From: Octopus vulgaris
Lineage: Eukaryota
Direction: 5' to 3'
Assembly (NCBI GenBank): GCA_951406725.2
Contig: OX597825.1
Coordinates: forward strand, 76,322,001 to 76,386,000
Length of the DNA: 64,000 nt
The notes under the pieces: generated by a model
What the model was told of the DNA's origin: nothing
Database searches by the model: none
What the model saw: the letters and a program-made list of their open reading frames with translations, nothing else
Shown here: positions 13,576-27,224 of the stretch, one piece after another
Layout of the letters: every line of letters begins with the position of its first letter
How positions within the stretch are numbered: the stretch's first letter is position 1
Made by a program: the position numbers and the translations under genes

Positions 13576-14589
13576 CTAAAGGAAAAGGAAAATAGAAAAA
13601 TAGAAAATTATGTGTCCAGGAATTACATGAGTTTGGAGATGAGTCAATTTGTTCTTGATCTTGTAATTACAAAGATGAGAAATATCTAATTTATCCATCC
13701 ATTCAGCAATTCTATCTCTACTTCACATAAAGTCTTTTTTTTTTTCAAATATTGATAGCTTTATAGTCAAGCAAGACCGTGTTTACAGGAGCTGAGTTGT
13801 TCAGATTTACTCGTTAAGAAATTAAAACAACAAAGAAGAATTAAATAAATTCACAAATAATGGCAGCAGAGAAGGAGCCTGGTCTTGTCATCTGAGTATA
13901 TTCAACTTGAAAATATTACTCTATTCTAAATCATAAATTCATATAGAACTGAATGTAGAAACAGAGGTAGTGATGGAGTCTGGTAGATATAATATGTCTA
14001 CATTTGGGTCGTATCCCTATTATATCCCATTTTGTGTCTACATAGGCTATCTACCCTGCCTTTTTATATACCATCTCACCTCTTTATCAGCTCTGTCCCA
14101 TTCATCTCTCTATTACTCACACTCAGTTCACCATTCATTTCTTCTAGTCACTCTGCTCTGGTGTATGTGTAACTAAGGATAGAAGTGAATCCTTCCTTTT
14201 CTTTGTACCAAGCAGCTAATGTAGGGATGCTGTTGGCTTTGTCTAGCCTCTTGTCTTTCAGATACTCACCCTCTCTCCTTACTCTGTGCCATTCAGCCTG
14301 TCTTATGAAAGATGACACTGGAACCATCTAGTCTCAATCCCACCTACAACCATCCCATCCTTCCTTTCTATACAGTTACTCTTCCTTCACTCTTCTCTTC
14401 AGTCTTCTCACTCTTCTCTTCACCCACCCATCACTCTTCCTTCTCCTCTTCACCTTCTCTTCATCCACCTTTCACCTTAGTCTTTCTGTTACTGCCACCA
14501 TACACTTTTCCTTTACGCAAACACATCCTAGTTTCTCCCACCACCGCTCTATGTACTACAAAATAGTACTACAAAATAGTACAAAAATC

Positions 14590-15910
14590 AAAATAGTACA
14601 AAAATCGAAATAGTACAGTGGGTATTGACAGCAAACGGATCACCTGACCATTAGAATGCTTCCTTTCCACAAGAAGCAGAAGAGGATGTGTTCCAGTTTG
14701 GTGATGGTAGGGTCTGGACAAGGCACAACGGGGAGGCAGTAGTAGATGACCTTTTAGGGACAGCTTCCTCTTGGCCCATTGCGAGGAGAGAGTGGCCACC
14801 CTACTCATTATCTCATCCCAGTTCTTCTCCATTTGCAGGTCCGGACCGAACCAGACCCCAAGCAACTTGACTGGCCCGTCCACCCATCATCCCACTACTA
14901 TAGTGCTGCTGGACAGCATGGGCTTGCTTCTCCAGGTGCCGAGCCACAAGCCCACCAACTTTTCCGGGTTGATTTTCACTCCTGTCATCTCTTTGTAGTC
15001 TTTCAGCGTCTTGCCAACCAGCTCGATCTGCTCGTGGCTAGACACTATAACGATGACGTCGTCCGCACATGTGGACACACTCATCCTGCACCCCAGTTCT
15101 TGCGGTATACCCTTCAGTGTCAGCAGCTTGCACAGTAGTGGCTTGAGAGTCAATACATACAGAAGTGATGAGAGGGGGCATCCCTGACGGACCAAACGTG
15201 CAATGTCGAAAGGTCTCAGTAGATGCTCATTCATGCGAATTACTAAATGGATGCCTCTGTACAAAGCAGCCATCTGGCTGCAGAATACAGGACCAAAACC
15301 GGCTGCTGAGGACAGCCTTCAAGTATTGATGGTCTACCCTATCGAAAGCTTTGGATTGATCTAAATTGATCAGGGCCCCACCCATAAAGATTCCTTAAAA
15401 ACCCTGTCTACAATGTAACACATCAGATGGAGGTTTTCATAGATGCTCCAGCCTGGCACAGCTCACTTTTGCACCTTGTTGACCAGTTTCTCGACTACAT
15501 GCACCAACCTCTTGGCTAACATCTTGGCCAAAATTTTCAAGTCTGCATTGAGCAGAGTGATGGGCTGAAAGTTATCTATTACGTCCCCCTTGTTTGGATC
15601 TTTCTTCAGCAGCATTACGGCTCCTCAGCTCACAAAACTGGGGATGCTCCCGTTCAACTGCCAGTTGCTGTACACTGCTGCCAAGACATCTCCAAACATG
15701 TTTGGCATACATTTGGAAAACTCGTAGAGCAGACCATCCAAACCCAGCGATTTGTCCCTCAAACATCCTGCCATCGCATCCCTCACCTCTACCACCATGA
15801 TGGCAACTTTGCAGCACTCTGCCTCTCTTGCCAAGAGTCGTGGCAAGCTGTGCAGGTAGACACTGAAGTCCACCCTGAGTTCTCGCTCGCCACAAGTTAC
15901 TGTTCCATTC
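14590..15910 (-). mobile_element. Decayed L1/Tx1-clade LINE RT fragment
   Basis: KSLGLDGLLYEF, LINLDQSKAFDRVDH, VRQGCPLSSLLYVL, ADDV, INPEK, PVKLLGVWFG across several frames. Confidence 0.85.
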
Positions 15911-16029
15911 TAGGTAGGTTCAGCAAAGAAAATGTTCTATTCAACTAGAGATAAATGTCATTTAAATTACACATTTTGAAAAAGAGCTACTAATAGTTTC
16001 ATGCTGTTGAGATACAATAATTTGGCAGA

Positions 16030-16800
16030 TATATAACATGCTGTGTGTCTCTATTTTTGAAAACCAGGACACTAGTCTATGAGAAAACTTGAGAAAAATG
16101 GGAAACAAGAAGGTTGAAGCAAAAAGTAGAATGAGAAGACAGAAAAGTAGGAAAACTAAGAGCTTCATCAACTTTGTCTGTAGAAATCATAATTAATCTA
16201 AGTTGAGTTGAATAATATAATGGAGAGGAGGCCAGAGCCTTTGAGATAGCTACTCAATCCAGATAGGGTGGTTTCCTCCATTTCAACAAAAGAAACTTGT
16301 CCAGGTGCCTGCATGGATAACCATATATGAGATTTGAAAACCAACTGCATGCCACATACAATCACAGGGAGAATCATGGAGAAATCTATGCCATATATGC
16401 ATGGATCAAAGAGATGCAAGTTATGCCAAGTTAAAAGGTCACACATTCTTTTTAGATTCAAACACTACTGAATTCCAGAACCAAAATTTTTAGCAAATGC
16501 ATGTACATGGACAAGTTTCTTCTATCAAACTGGAAAACACCACCCTCTTTATATTGAGTAGCTATCTAACAGACTTTGGCCTCCTCTCTGTTATATTATT
16601 CTACACCAGATTATTAATCATGGTTTCTACAAACAAAGGGAACAAAGACTTGTTTTCCTTACTTTTCTTTCTTTTTTTCTCATTCCACTTTTACACGAAC
16701 CATCTTCATGTTTTTCTTCTCAGTTTTTCTCATATATTTTCATGTTTTCTAATAGATCAGCATTCTGGTTTTCAAATAAGTCACATAGTATGTACTAAAC
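16030..16800. repeat. Diverged inverted repeat (foldback/MITE-like): arms ~16030-16320 and ~16495-16800
   Basis: aataatataatggagaggaggccagagcctttgagatagctactcaat...agaaacttgtccaggtgcctgcat is the reverse complement of atgcatgtacatggacaagtttct...attgagtagctatctaacagactttggcctcctctctgttatattattc; similarity extends outward. Confidence 0.75.
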
Positions 16801-17870
16801 CAGATAGATTTCTTGGAGACAAATGGCATCTTATAATAATACTCCTTGTCATTGCATTACTAAGCCCGTTGGTAATGTTTTCACATGATTAGAGAAAAAG
16901 AGGGAGAGAGAGAGAAAACAAGGTAAAGAGAAAAAGAGGGGAGGAAAAAGAGAGAGAGAAGCGTCCATGACATGAGATGGAGAGAATGTAATTGTAACAT
17001 TTTTACATGATTAGTTGAAAGGAAATAGAGGAGAAAGAAAGAGGAGAGAGAGAAAAGAGGATAAGGCAAAGAGTGAGACAGAAAGAGGGAGGAAGAAAAT
17101 GTGGGAGAGAGGGAAGAGTCCATGATGTGAGGTAGAGGGAATGTAATATTTATTATGTGGTTGAAAAAGTTAGTTGAAGGCAGAGCAAACAGGTGGTGTT
17201 CTGATAGTGATGTTAAATAAAGGCAGAGAGAAAGTGAGAGGGAGAGGGGAGATGAAGGAGAGATAGAGGGAGTGAGAGAGTGATACCTGTGGTGGAGGAG
17301 GAGATGGCAGTGGTGATGATGGTGGTGGAGGTGGCAGTGGTGATCGGATAGTGAAAAGTGTATTGTTTTTAATTGAACTAAGTTTTTATATATCACCTAT
17401 CACTTAACACATGCACCTAAGTGCAATTCCGTGAAATATTCATGATTATTTACATGGCAGATGTATGCAATTTAACTAAAGATTGTATCATATGTATTGG
17501 ATATTTTTTTCTTTATGGTAAAAATGGAAAAATAAAAGTGAATATTTATTTTGAGTGCAGTGAATTAAGTCTATAAATTTGTGCATAAAGTATATAAAGT
17601 CTATATACAAAGTGCATTATGTAATCATCGTATTCCAGTTTCTTTTACATTTCACTGAATAGCAGATGAGCAACTATCTTTCCATAGAGACACAAGGTAC
17701 ACTTTCAGGTTTTTTGGATAAAGTTCTCTGAAATAACCCAATAGGTTTACCATGAATTCCATGAAATATTTACAGATTTCACTTGTGTTATATAAATCTG
17801 CAAAATTATTATATCTTTACAGCATGAAATTATTAGTAAATCTTTTATATATTGTGTACATTAAAATTTT

Positions 17871-17915
<45 letters not shown>

Positions 17916-18179
17916 TTATCTTTCTTTACCTCTGTTTCTTTCCCTCTAGCTCTTCCTTTTGGTCTCTTTTCCTCTTACTCTCTCCCCCCCTTCACTCTCA
18001 TTCTCTTGCCTCTCTCATCTCTTCACTCTCTTTCTCTCTCTTCCTCTGTCTCTCTCTTCTCTCATTCTGGTTGGGTAGCCTCTATAGCAAGATACCTATT
18101 TCTGCCTCTCTGTCTTTCTGTCACACCTTTCATCATCTGACATGAGATCTCCCAATCCAATGCCCTGTACCTTCTCAAA

Positions 18180-18493
18180 ATTCCTTGCCTTGCAAGTTAC
18201 TTGGTGACTCTCTCAGTGCTGGTGCCACATAAAAAGCGAAGACCACACTGTGAAGTTATTGACATTTGGAAGGGCATCCAGCTGTAGAAACCATGCCAAA
18301 ACTGATCTTGCTTGTGCTGGTGCCACGTATAAAGCACTCCATCCACTCTACAGGGTGGTTAGTGTTAGGAAGGGCATCCAGCTGTAAAAACCATACCAAA
18401 ACAGACACAGAAGCCTGGTGTAGTCTTCTACCTGGCCAGCACCTGTCAAACCATCCAACCCATGCCACTATGGAAGGCGGACATTAAACGATA

Positions 18494-18528
<35 letters not shown>

Positions 18529-18530
18529 AT
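18180..18530 (+). mobile_element. RTE-tail SINE or RTE 3' fragment with (GAT)n tail
   Basis: ggaagggcatccagctgtagaaacc (twice), ccatccaacccatgcc, ggacattaaacgat(gat)n. Confidence 0.75.
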
Positions 18531-18595
18531 ATATATATATCAATAGATAAATAGATATAGGTATAAGTATGAATGTATGTGTATATGTATATATA

Positions 18596-19835
18596 TCAGG
18601 CTGAGTAAAACGTAAGCAACGTTTTGCAACATGAAATTCATCACAATATATTTGAACAATGCAGAAATTTTATTCATCAAAGTAAGCACTATTACAATCA
18701 ACATATTTTTGCTGAGTTACAAGTTTGTTAACATGAAAATCTGGAGTTCTGGAGCTGATAAACTTTTTGGATGCACTTTCAGCATCAGTTTGATTTTTGA
18801 ACTCCTCTCGTAGGAAACCTTCACAGTGCTTGAAAAAGTGGAGACAGGTTTGAGGAATAAGCTGAGTGGAGAAGAACTTTGTAGCCAAATTTCCCCAACT
18901 TATGGAGCATCATTAGTGAAACGTGTAGTCAAGCATTGCCATGAAGAATGATTGGCCCTCTCCTGCTGATCAGTCTGGAGTGGAGGAGGAGCAGTTTTTC
19001 ATTCATTTTGGCAATTTCATGGCAATATGGTCTTTCTGGATTTCAAGAAGTTATAGCGGATGAGTCCAGCAGTACAGCAGCAATCAGTCACCATAAACTT
19101 CTTTTTGAAGTGCTCAGGTTTAAGGAAAATTTTGGTGCTTCATTTTGGTCCAACCACTATGAAGAACGTATTTTATTATTGTACAGAACCTACTTTTTAT
19201 CACAAGTTACAATGTGATTGAGAAATTGATTGGTCTGGTTACAGGGAAGAAGCAATGAGTCAGTTTCATTTCTGCGAGTTTTATGATTTTCATTCCAATC
19301 GTGTGGTACCCATTTGTTGAGATTTTTGTATTTTCCAATCGCATGCAAATGGTTGCAGGCAGTTTTCTGGCTAACTTGAAGTTCTTTTGCTAGTTTTCAA
19401 GTGGTTTTACATGGATCTTTCTCAATGACAATCTTTAATTGACCATCATCAATAATAGATGGGCGTCCACTTTGCTCATGATCTTCAAGGCTCAGTTCTC
19501 CACTGTGAAATAGCTTAAACCATTTTTGAGCTGACGACTCACTGGTCATTTCCTCACCAAACATTCTGTTGATATCACAAGCAGTTTCAGCTTCTTTATG
19601 CCCTTTTTTGAAGTTGAATAGCAAAATTGCTGAAATAGTTTGACAGTTCCATTTCAGATGATTGTAACAATGGTGAAAAGAATATCAATGTTACTTTATT
19701 GATGCATTTGAGAAAGTCAATGTCTGTATTATCAGAAAATTGCAATAAAATATTTTTAAAAAATTCAAAATTCTGCAAAAATCCAGTACAAATTCTTCAT
19801 GGTTCAAAACGTTGCTTACTTTTTACTCAACCTGA
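18596..19835 (-). mobile_element. Near full-length decayed mariner transposon
   Basis: TIRs tcaggctgagtaaaacgtaagcaacgttttg / caaaacgttgcttactttttactcaacctga flanked by TA; ORF 19397-19624 resembles the mariner N-terminal HTH (KWF..FHSGELSLEDHEQSGRP); WVPH motif follows. Confidence 0.9.
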
Positions 19836-19858
19836 TATATAAGGACGGACACACATAT

Positions 19859-20023
19859 GTATTACATTGACCCCCAGTACTCAAATGGTACTTATTTCAT
19901 TGACCCCAAAAGGACGAAAGACAAAGTCAACCTTGGCAGAGTTTGAACTCAGAACACAAAGACAGAAGAAATGCTGCTAAGCATTTTGTCTGGAATGCTA
20001 ACAATTCTGGCAGCCCACTGCCT
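19859..20023 (-). mobile_element. tRNA-derived SINE
   Basis: Same family as 13050-13263 and 23696-23900. Confidence 0.75.
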
Positions 20024-20460
20024 TACATATTTGGCTATATTGACTAAAGAATATTGCCAATGGTGAATAAAAGAATATTATATTTGGTAATATCCAACCA
20101 AGCACCTGTTACATCAGTGAAAGTAAAGAAAGAAAAGTTGAATTTTCACACCTAAAAGCTTACTGGAATATTCTAGAACTTCTTGGTGGGTTTATAAAAC
20201 CCTGTTATTCAAGTTTCTTTGTGATTTTTTTCTTATTACAGCCAGAGGCCATGTGTCTGTTGGCTCACATTTGATAAAATAGTTTTCATCCTTTCCACCC
20301 ATATCTGATAATATAATTTTTATCCTTTAACCTTCTCTCTTAGAGATTGTTCCTGTAGTAACTGATAATTATATTCTAATTTATAAAGAAACATTTGACA
20401 ATTTATTATTTCTTAATTCACACACATAATGTATTTAACAAATTGTATGTTATGTATCTA

Positions 20461-23033
20461 TCATCATCATCATCGTTTAGCGTCTGCTTTCCATGCTAGC
20501 ATGGGTTGAACGGTTCAACTGGGGTCTGGGAAGCCAGAAGGCTGCACCAGGCCCAGTTTGATCTGGCAATGTTTCTACGGCTGGATGCCCTTCCTAACGC
20601 CAACCACTCCATGAGTGTAGTGGGTGCTTTTTACGTGCCAGACGAGTCTGGCAAACGGCCACAATCGGATGGTGCTTTTTATGTGCCACAAGCACGGGGG
20701 CCAGGCGAGGCTGGCAACAGCCATGAACGGATGGTGCTTTTTACGTGCCACCGGCACGAGGTCAGTCGGGGCTGCGCTGGCAACGGTCACGTTCAGATTG
20801 TTCTCTTACGTGCCACTGGCACTAGAAACTCAGCTGCAATTTCCATTGATCAATTTCGATTCTGATTTTCAGTTGCCTCAACAGGTCTTCACAAGTAGAG
20901 TTTTGTGTCCCAAGAAGGGAAGGTATGCATAAGTGGGCTGGCTACATCCCATGTAGAAGGCCACGGGTTATGGTCTCACTTGTCCTGCCAGGTCTTCTCA
21001 CGCAGTGCATACTTCCAGAGGTCTCGGTCTCTAGTCATTTCCTCAGTGAGGCCTAAAGTTGAAGGTCGTGCTTCCCACCTTGTCCCAGGTTTTCCCTCAA
21101 CTGCTAGGGTGTGGCACTTTTTCACTCAACTGTCTTCATCCATTCTCGCCACATGCCCATACCAGCGCAAACATCTCTCTTGCACACCACATCTGATGCT
21201 TCTTAGGTCCAGCTTTTCTCTCAAGGTACTTACACTCTGTCGAGTATGAATACTGACATTACACATCCATCGGAGCATACTGGCTTCATTTGTTGCGTGA
21301 GCTTACGCATATCCTCAGCAGTCACGGCCCATGTTTCACTGCCATGTAGCATGGCTGTTCGTACACACGCATCATACAGTCTGCCTTTTACTCTGAGCGA
21401 GAGGCCTTTTGTCACCAGCAGAGGTAAGAGCTCTCTGAACTTTGCCCAAGCTATTCTTACTCTAGCAGTTACACTTTCAGCACACCCGCCCCCGCTGCTG
21501 ACTTGGTCACCTAGGTAACGGAAGCTATCAACTATTTCTAGTTTTTCTCCTGGAAAGTGACAGAAGTTGGTCTCAGAGCATTTTCAGTGTTTATTGTTCC
21601 TGAGCATTTGCCACATACAAAAGCTATCTTCTCAGTTAGCCTTCCTTTGACATTGCTGCACCTCTTATGTGCCCATAGCTTACACTTGGTGCATCTTATA
21701 GAGTTTCTACCTACACCTTTTCTACAGATCAAGCAGGGCCGTCTACCTGAAGGCGTTTGTGATTTCTCTACCTTCCTACTTATTAGGACTTTAGTTTTAG
21801 CTAGATTGACTCTAAGGCCCTTCGATTCTAAACCTTGCTTCCACACCTGAAACTTCTCCTCTAGTTCTGATAGTGACTCACCGATTAGAGCAAGGTCATC
21901 AGCATAGAGGAGCTCCCAAGGGCATCCTGTCTTGAATTCCTCCGTTATTGCCTGGAGAACTATGATAAATAGGAGGAAGCTGAGGACTGAGCCTTGGTGT
22001 ACCCCTACCACTACCCAGAATTCTTCACTGTACTCGTTGCCAACCCTCACCTTACTAGCAGCGTCCCTGTACATGGCTCGCACAGCTCTCACTAACCATT
22101 CATCTATCCCTAGTTTCCTCATTGACCACCAGATAAGGGATCGGGGGAACTCTGTCGAAGGCTTTCTCCATGTCAACAAAAGCCAGGTACAGGGGCTTAT
22201 CTTTGACTAGGTATTTCTCCTGCAGCTGCCTTACCAGGAATATAGCATCAGTAGTACTTTTCCCTGGCACGAACCCAAACTGCATCTGATCTAGGCTAAC
22301 TCTCTCTCTAATTAGTTGGGCTATGACCCTCTCCATAACCTTCATCACCTGATCCAACAGCTTGATACCTCTGTAATTATTTGTATCTAGGGCGTCACCT
22401 TTACCTTTGTAGCAGTTGACTATTATGCTGCTACACCAGTCATTGGGTATGACTCCTTCGTGTATCACCTGATTAACTATACGGGTGACTAGGCTATAGC
22501 CGACACTACCAGATATTTTGAGCATCTCTGCGGTGATTCCTGATGGGCCTGGGGCTTTCCCTGTCTTCATGATTCTAATTGCCTTAACTACCAAGGAACT
22601 GTCAACTCGGTGACTCTCTTTATCCCATTCATTTTCTTTATTCAGCAACCTTTCATAGTGGCGTCTCCAAACCTCTCTCTTTGCATTCTCGTTTAGCGCA
22701 AGTGAACCATCTTCCATACGAACACACTTCTCTCCTACCACATCACAATTCTCTCTCACACACTGTCTTGCAACGCGAAACACCTCCAGTCTTTGGTCCT
22801 CACAGCGCAGAACATTGGCAAATTTTTTCTTATCTGCTTCCCCTCTGGCTAGATAGACCTGTCTCCTAGTTTCCCTTTTGGCAGTCTGATACAATTCCCT
22901 GCTACCACCATTCTTCCAGTCCTTCCAAGTCTGTCTCTTTTCTCTAATAGCCCTATCTACAACACTGTTCCACCCATACCTTGGGACGAGAGAGGATTTT
23001 GCACCAGCCACAGATCTGGTTAGTGGCGCTCAG
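20461..23033 (-). mobile_element. 5'-truncated RTE-clade LINE
   Basis: ORFs 22100-23011 and 21538-22179: KAPGPSGITAEM, NYRGIKLL, QFGFVPGKSTTDAIF, VDMEKAFDRVP, VHQGSVLS, LLYADDL; (GAT)n tail at 20461. Confidence 0.95.
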
Positions 23034-23695
23034 GGGTGGAGGGGGTGGAAGGGATGGAGGGGTGGAAGGGATGGAGGGGTGGAGGAGGTGGGAGGAAGTG
23101 GTGTGAGGAACTTTGACTAGCATAGTTGAAAGGGGACAGCAGTGTCGATAATAATAATTATTTGATAACTAATATAGACTTGGGGCAAAAAAGGTAACAT
23201 CTGAGTTTGTCAGGCAATCTAACTAGTCCATAAACTAGGAAGAGGTTCTGTTAATCGTGTGAGCAAGAAAGTAGGTTTGAAAAATCTGAGAAAGTGAGAT
23301 TTTTAGGGGAAAGATAAGTGGCTATGAACCGGGAGCAACAGGGAGACAAGACTAAACGAAAAACATATTTGAGCTAGACAGAGTAATGAGAGAATACTGA
23401 GAGAATACTGAAAGAAAGAAAGAAAGAATAATATAATGAGAGAGTACTGAAAGAACAATATAATGAGAGAGTAATCGAAGAATAATGAAAGAATAATGAT
23501 GATACGTGCAAAGATAGAAGGTAGAGGAAAGCGAGGCTGAAAGAAGAATTTCTTAACTTTAACCGTTCATGATCTGTGCGTATTTCTTCATTACATATTT
23601 GGAAGCGAGTGGGGGGGGGTATATTAAAAGTGTTTAGTGTTATAAATAAACATTTTTGACTTAATTGCTTTCCCTTATTAATATTTCAACATGAT

Positions 23696-23900
23696 AAGGT
23701 GGTGAGCTGGCAGAGTCATTAGCACATAGGGAAAATGCTTAGCTGCATTTCGTTCATCTTTATGTTATGTGTTCAAATTCCACTGGAGTTGTCTTTACCT
23801 TTCATCCTTTCAGGGGTTGATAAAATAAGTACTGGGGTCAATGAAATAGACTTAACTCCCTTCCCCAAAATGGGCTGGCCTTGTGCCAAAATTTGAAATC
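23696..23900 (+). mobile_element. tRNA-derived SINE
   Basis: ggtggtgagctggcagagtcattagc...gttcaaattcc...cctttcatcctttcaggggttgataaaataagtac...ggccttgtgccaaaatttgaa. Confidence 0.75.
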
Positions 23901-24303
23901 AATATTTCAACATGTTAACATAACACAACTTACATAACTAATGATATTTCTTTTGACTGTGAATAAAAACGGTTTTTAGGGTGATTGAGACTACAGAATT
24001 GAAAAAGTGCTTTGCTATTATCCATTTTAATAAAAAAGAAACAATTAGACCTAGCATAAAGTGAACACAGAAAAGTGATGTTGAGTGATTCATCCAAATC
24101 ATCTACTTTCTAAAAAGAAATTATTAATACATATGTGTGTTTTACTGAATTATATATGTGCATACATGTCTGTAACATATCTCATTTACTTAAATCCAGA
24201 AACCCTGCAAACAAATATTACATTGAAGTCAAGTCAACCACTTATACTCCTTTCAAACCAAAAAAAAAAAATAATAAATAAATAAATAAAATAAATTACT
24301 CAC

Positions 24304-24515
24304 AATTGTGTCTAACCAAAATTTTCCATGGACAATAGTCGATAACTCTATTCTTGAATTTGTATTCATTTCCTTTGGAAGGAAGAATGATGTATTTGAT
24401 GTTCTAGAATTTGTTCTAAATTTTATATAGCCTTTCACATCAGGTTTTATATTGAAAAACTGATCAGGAAAGTAATTCATCTCACTGAATAAAGCTGCAA
24501 TGTTCCAATGTACCC
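24304..24515 (-). CDS. Host gene exon (long exon, phase 1 to 0): VHWNIAALFSEMNYFPDQFFNIKPDVKGYIKFRTNSRTSNTSFFLPKEMNTNSRIELSTIVHGKFWLDTI
   Basis: Acceptor tttttctgttaccttctag|, donor |gtgagt; 212 nt = 2 + 70 codons; within ORF-track frame 24253-24576. Confidence 0.8.
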
Positions 24516-25849
24516 CTAGAAGGTAACAGAAAAATCTTGACATTAATGGCAACAAAATTTCTAAATTAATAAACATAAAAGAATAATTGTTATGTAAGGA
24601 GGGGAATTAAAAATGAAATTATTAGAATATGATTGGAAAACATTTATTTTCTATACTCTTTCACCATAGATTTAATACATTTCTTTTCATTTACAATTTA
24701 TTTAGATTTGATGTCAAAAATTTTATAAACTTTGAAGAGAATTTGAAACAGTGCTTTTTTGGAACAGCAGATCTCAAAGCACACGCACACATAAAGTTAT
24801 AAATAAGAGCATGTAAATGTTAGGTTGGAAATCCCTTTTGGATAAAAAAATAAGTGAAAGGCTGTCTTAGGACTCAATCTAATTTCCCCTGTAGACTTGA
24901 CAGATGTTCTACCACTGGACCAAAGCAATCATTCAAACTTTTATATCCATTTTAGAAGCTTTATTCTTACCAATGAAAATCATATGTTGTTGATGTCATA
25001 ATAATTTTCCTATAAACTTTTGAGAGAATGTGAATTAATTCTTATTTTCAGAATACCTCAAAGCCTTTGGCTAATTCTATCCAAAAGAGTTTTTCAAGGC
25101 AATATTTACATGCTAAATTTCTGAACTGGATAGGAAAAATCTTGAGAAAATATTAAAAAGTTTGTTAAAAATATTAGGATTTCATTAAAAATCATGTTTG
25201 TTAGGAAGTATCTATATATATACACAGAAAATTATAAGTTCAAAAATGTCCTATTTTGGTGGTGTATATATATACACAGAAGGAGATATATTTAGGAGTT
25301 TACAAAGAATTTGAGATGAACTGACCTGTTTCACCCTTTTATCGTTTTCAGAATGTACTAAGGAGGAAGATATTTTTCAAGCCCTGCCTGAGAATTTTGA
25401 AAAGGTTACGATTTCGTGGAATTCTTGTATTGGAATTTGCCCCAAGTATGGCCCCAAGTATGACAAGGAAAGCGAAAGGCTTGGCAGCAACCCATCAGAA
25501 AGATAAATCCAAATATTATATCAATGCACTATTTTATACACAGAGAGGCATTAGTCTCCAAGACTCCTTTATGTTGATGAGGAAATGAGAGTTTGTTTAT
25601 CTCAAATTAGTAAAACGGTGAGTTAATTATGAACATAGAAAGAAATTATACTTTAATCCCTATTTTTGTACGCAGTTGTATCCGTAAAAAATTTTATTTG
25701 CCGAGAGCAGAAATTGAAAGAAGATATATGAAATGGATACGTGTGTGTGTGTGTGTGTGCTTTCACATGTGTATGTGATAGAAAAAGAGGGTGAGAAAGA
25801 GAGATAGAGTGAGTGAGTGAAGGTGTGTGTCGTGATGACATGTCTGATA

Positions 25850-26068
25850 TATACTGATGCAGAATTAAGAGCTTGGTTGGATCAATTTTTCGTGCCGAAA
25901 TCTGGTGATTTCTAACAATGAGGTATTGAAAATCTTGGTGAATGTTGGGAAGAAGTTGTAAACAACAAGGGTGAATACATTATTGATTAATTAGTTGTTA
26001 TTTTTTATTAAGCCTTTAAAAAAATTTTAAGTTAAAAAAACAGTGGGAACTTATTTGCCAACCTAATA
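25850..26068 (+). mobile_element. Mariner 3' end fragment (part repeated at ~27035-27180)
   Basis: Encodes GIENL.ECWEEVVNNKGEYIID-stop, followed by TIR-like gaacttatttgccaacctaata. Confidence 0.7.
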
Positions 26069-26070
26069 TG

Positions 26071-26108
<38 letters not shown>

Positions 26109-26539
26109 CAATATAGGGTGGCAAGAAAAATTTTGTAGAATTTTTATATATACAGCGGCCTAGAAAATTATATAGTTCAAAAAGGACCTATTTTGGTGGT
26201 GTATATATCAACACAGAAGGAAGATATATTTAGGAGTTTACAAAGAATTTGAGATGAACTGACCTGTTTCACCGCTTTTATAAAGATTTTCAGAATGTAC
26301 TAAGGAGGAAGAATTTTTAGCCCTGCCTGAGAATTTTGAAAAGGTTACGATTTCATCTGGAATTCTTGTAATGGTAAAGTATGGCCCCAAGTATGACAAG
26401 GAAAGCGAAATCTTTGGCAGCCTCCATTCTTCAGCAAGAAGATAAAGTCGGAACAAATATTATATCAATGCCAAGGCAATTATACACAAGAGGCATTCAA
26501 ATCGTCAAGACTCGCGCCTTTATCGTTGATGAATAAAAG

Positions 26540-26838
26540 CGTCGATTCCATTACGGAATTAACCAAAAATTCATAATTAATCAATATAGGGTGGCAAGAA
26601 AAATTTTTGTAGAATTTTTTGCCACCAGCGGCCTAGTGGGAAAAAATTAAATAGTCATAGACCATTTTTAAGTTCAACATCAACAATTAATTGTTGATGT
26701 TGAACTTAAAAATGGTCTATGACTATTTAATTTTTTCCCACTAGGCCGCTGGTGGCAAAAAAATTCTACAAAATTTTTCTTGCCACCCTATATTGATTAA
26801 TTATGAATTTTTTGGTTAATTCCGTAATGGAATCGACG
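26540..26838. repeat. Spacer-less palindrome with ~150 bp arms
   Basis: Centre caacaatt|aattgttg at 26688/26689; arms differ only in homopolymer lengths. Confidence 0.95.
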
Positions 26839-27182
26839 GCTTATATTTATTTGCTGCCGATAAATTTGGCGTGAGTGCGACGATTTGAAAATTTTAGGTC
26901 AGATATTGCCTTGGCAGGGTTGGATTTGCCTCGTGTAAATATCTGTTCCGACTTGAGCTATTTCTTGCTGAAGAATCTGAGGGCTTATGGAAGATTGGCT
27001 TGATTTAATTTAATCAGGTTAGTTTACCATTAAAGAGCATTGAAAATCTTGTGAATGTTGGGAAGAAGTTGTAAACAACAAGGGTGAATACATTATTGAT
27101 TAATTAGTTGTTATTTTTTATTAAGCCTTTAAAAAATTTTAAGTTAAAAAAACAGTGGGAACTTATTTGCCAACCTAATATG

Positions 27183-27221
<39 letters not shown>

Positions 27222-27224
<3 letters not shown>

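Noticed and set aside
23030-23100. G-rich runs with G-quadruplex potential (also 47950-48170 and 63830-64000)
   Set aside because: Low-complexity repeat sequence with no supporting functional context
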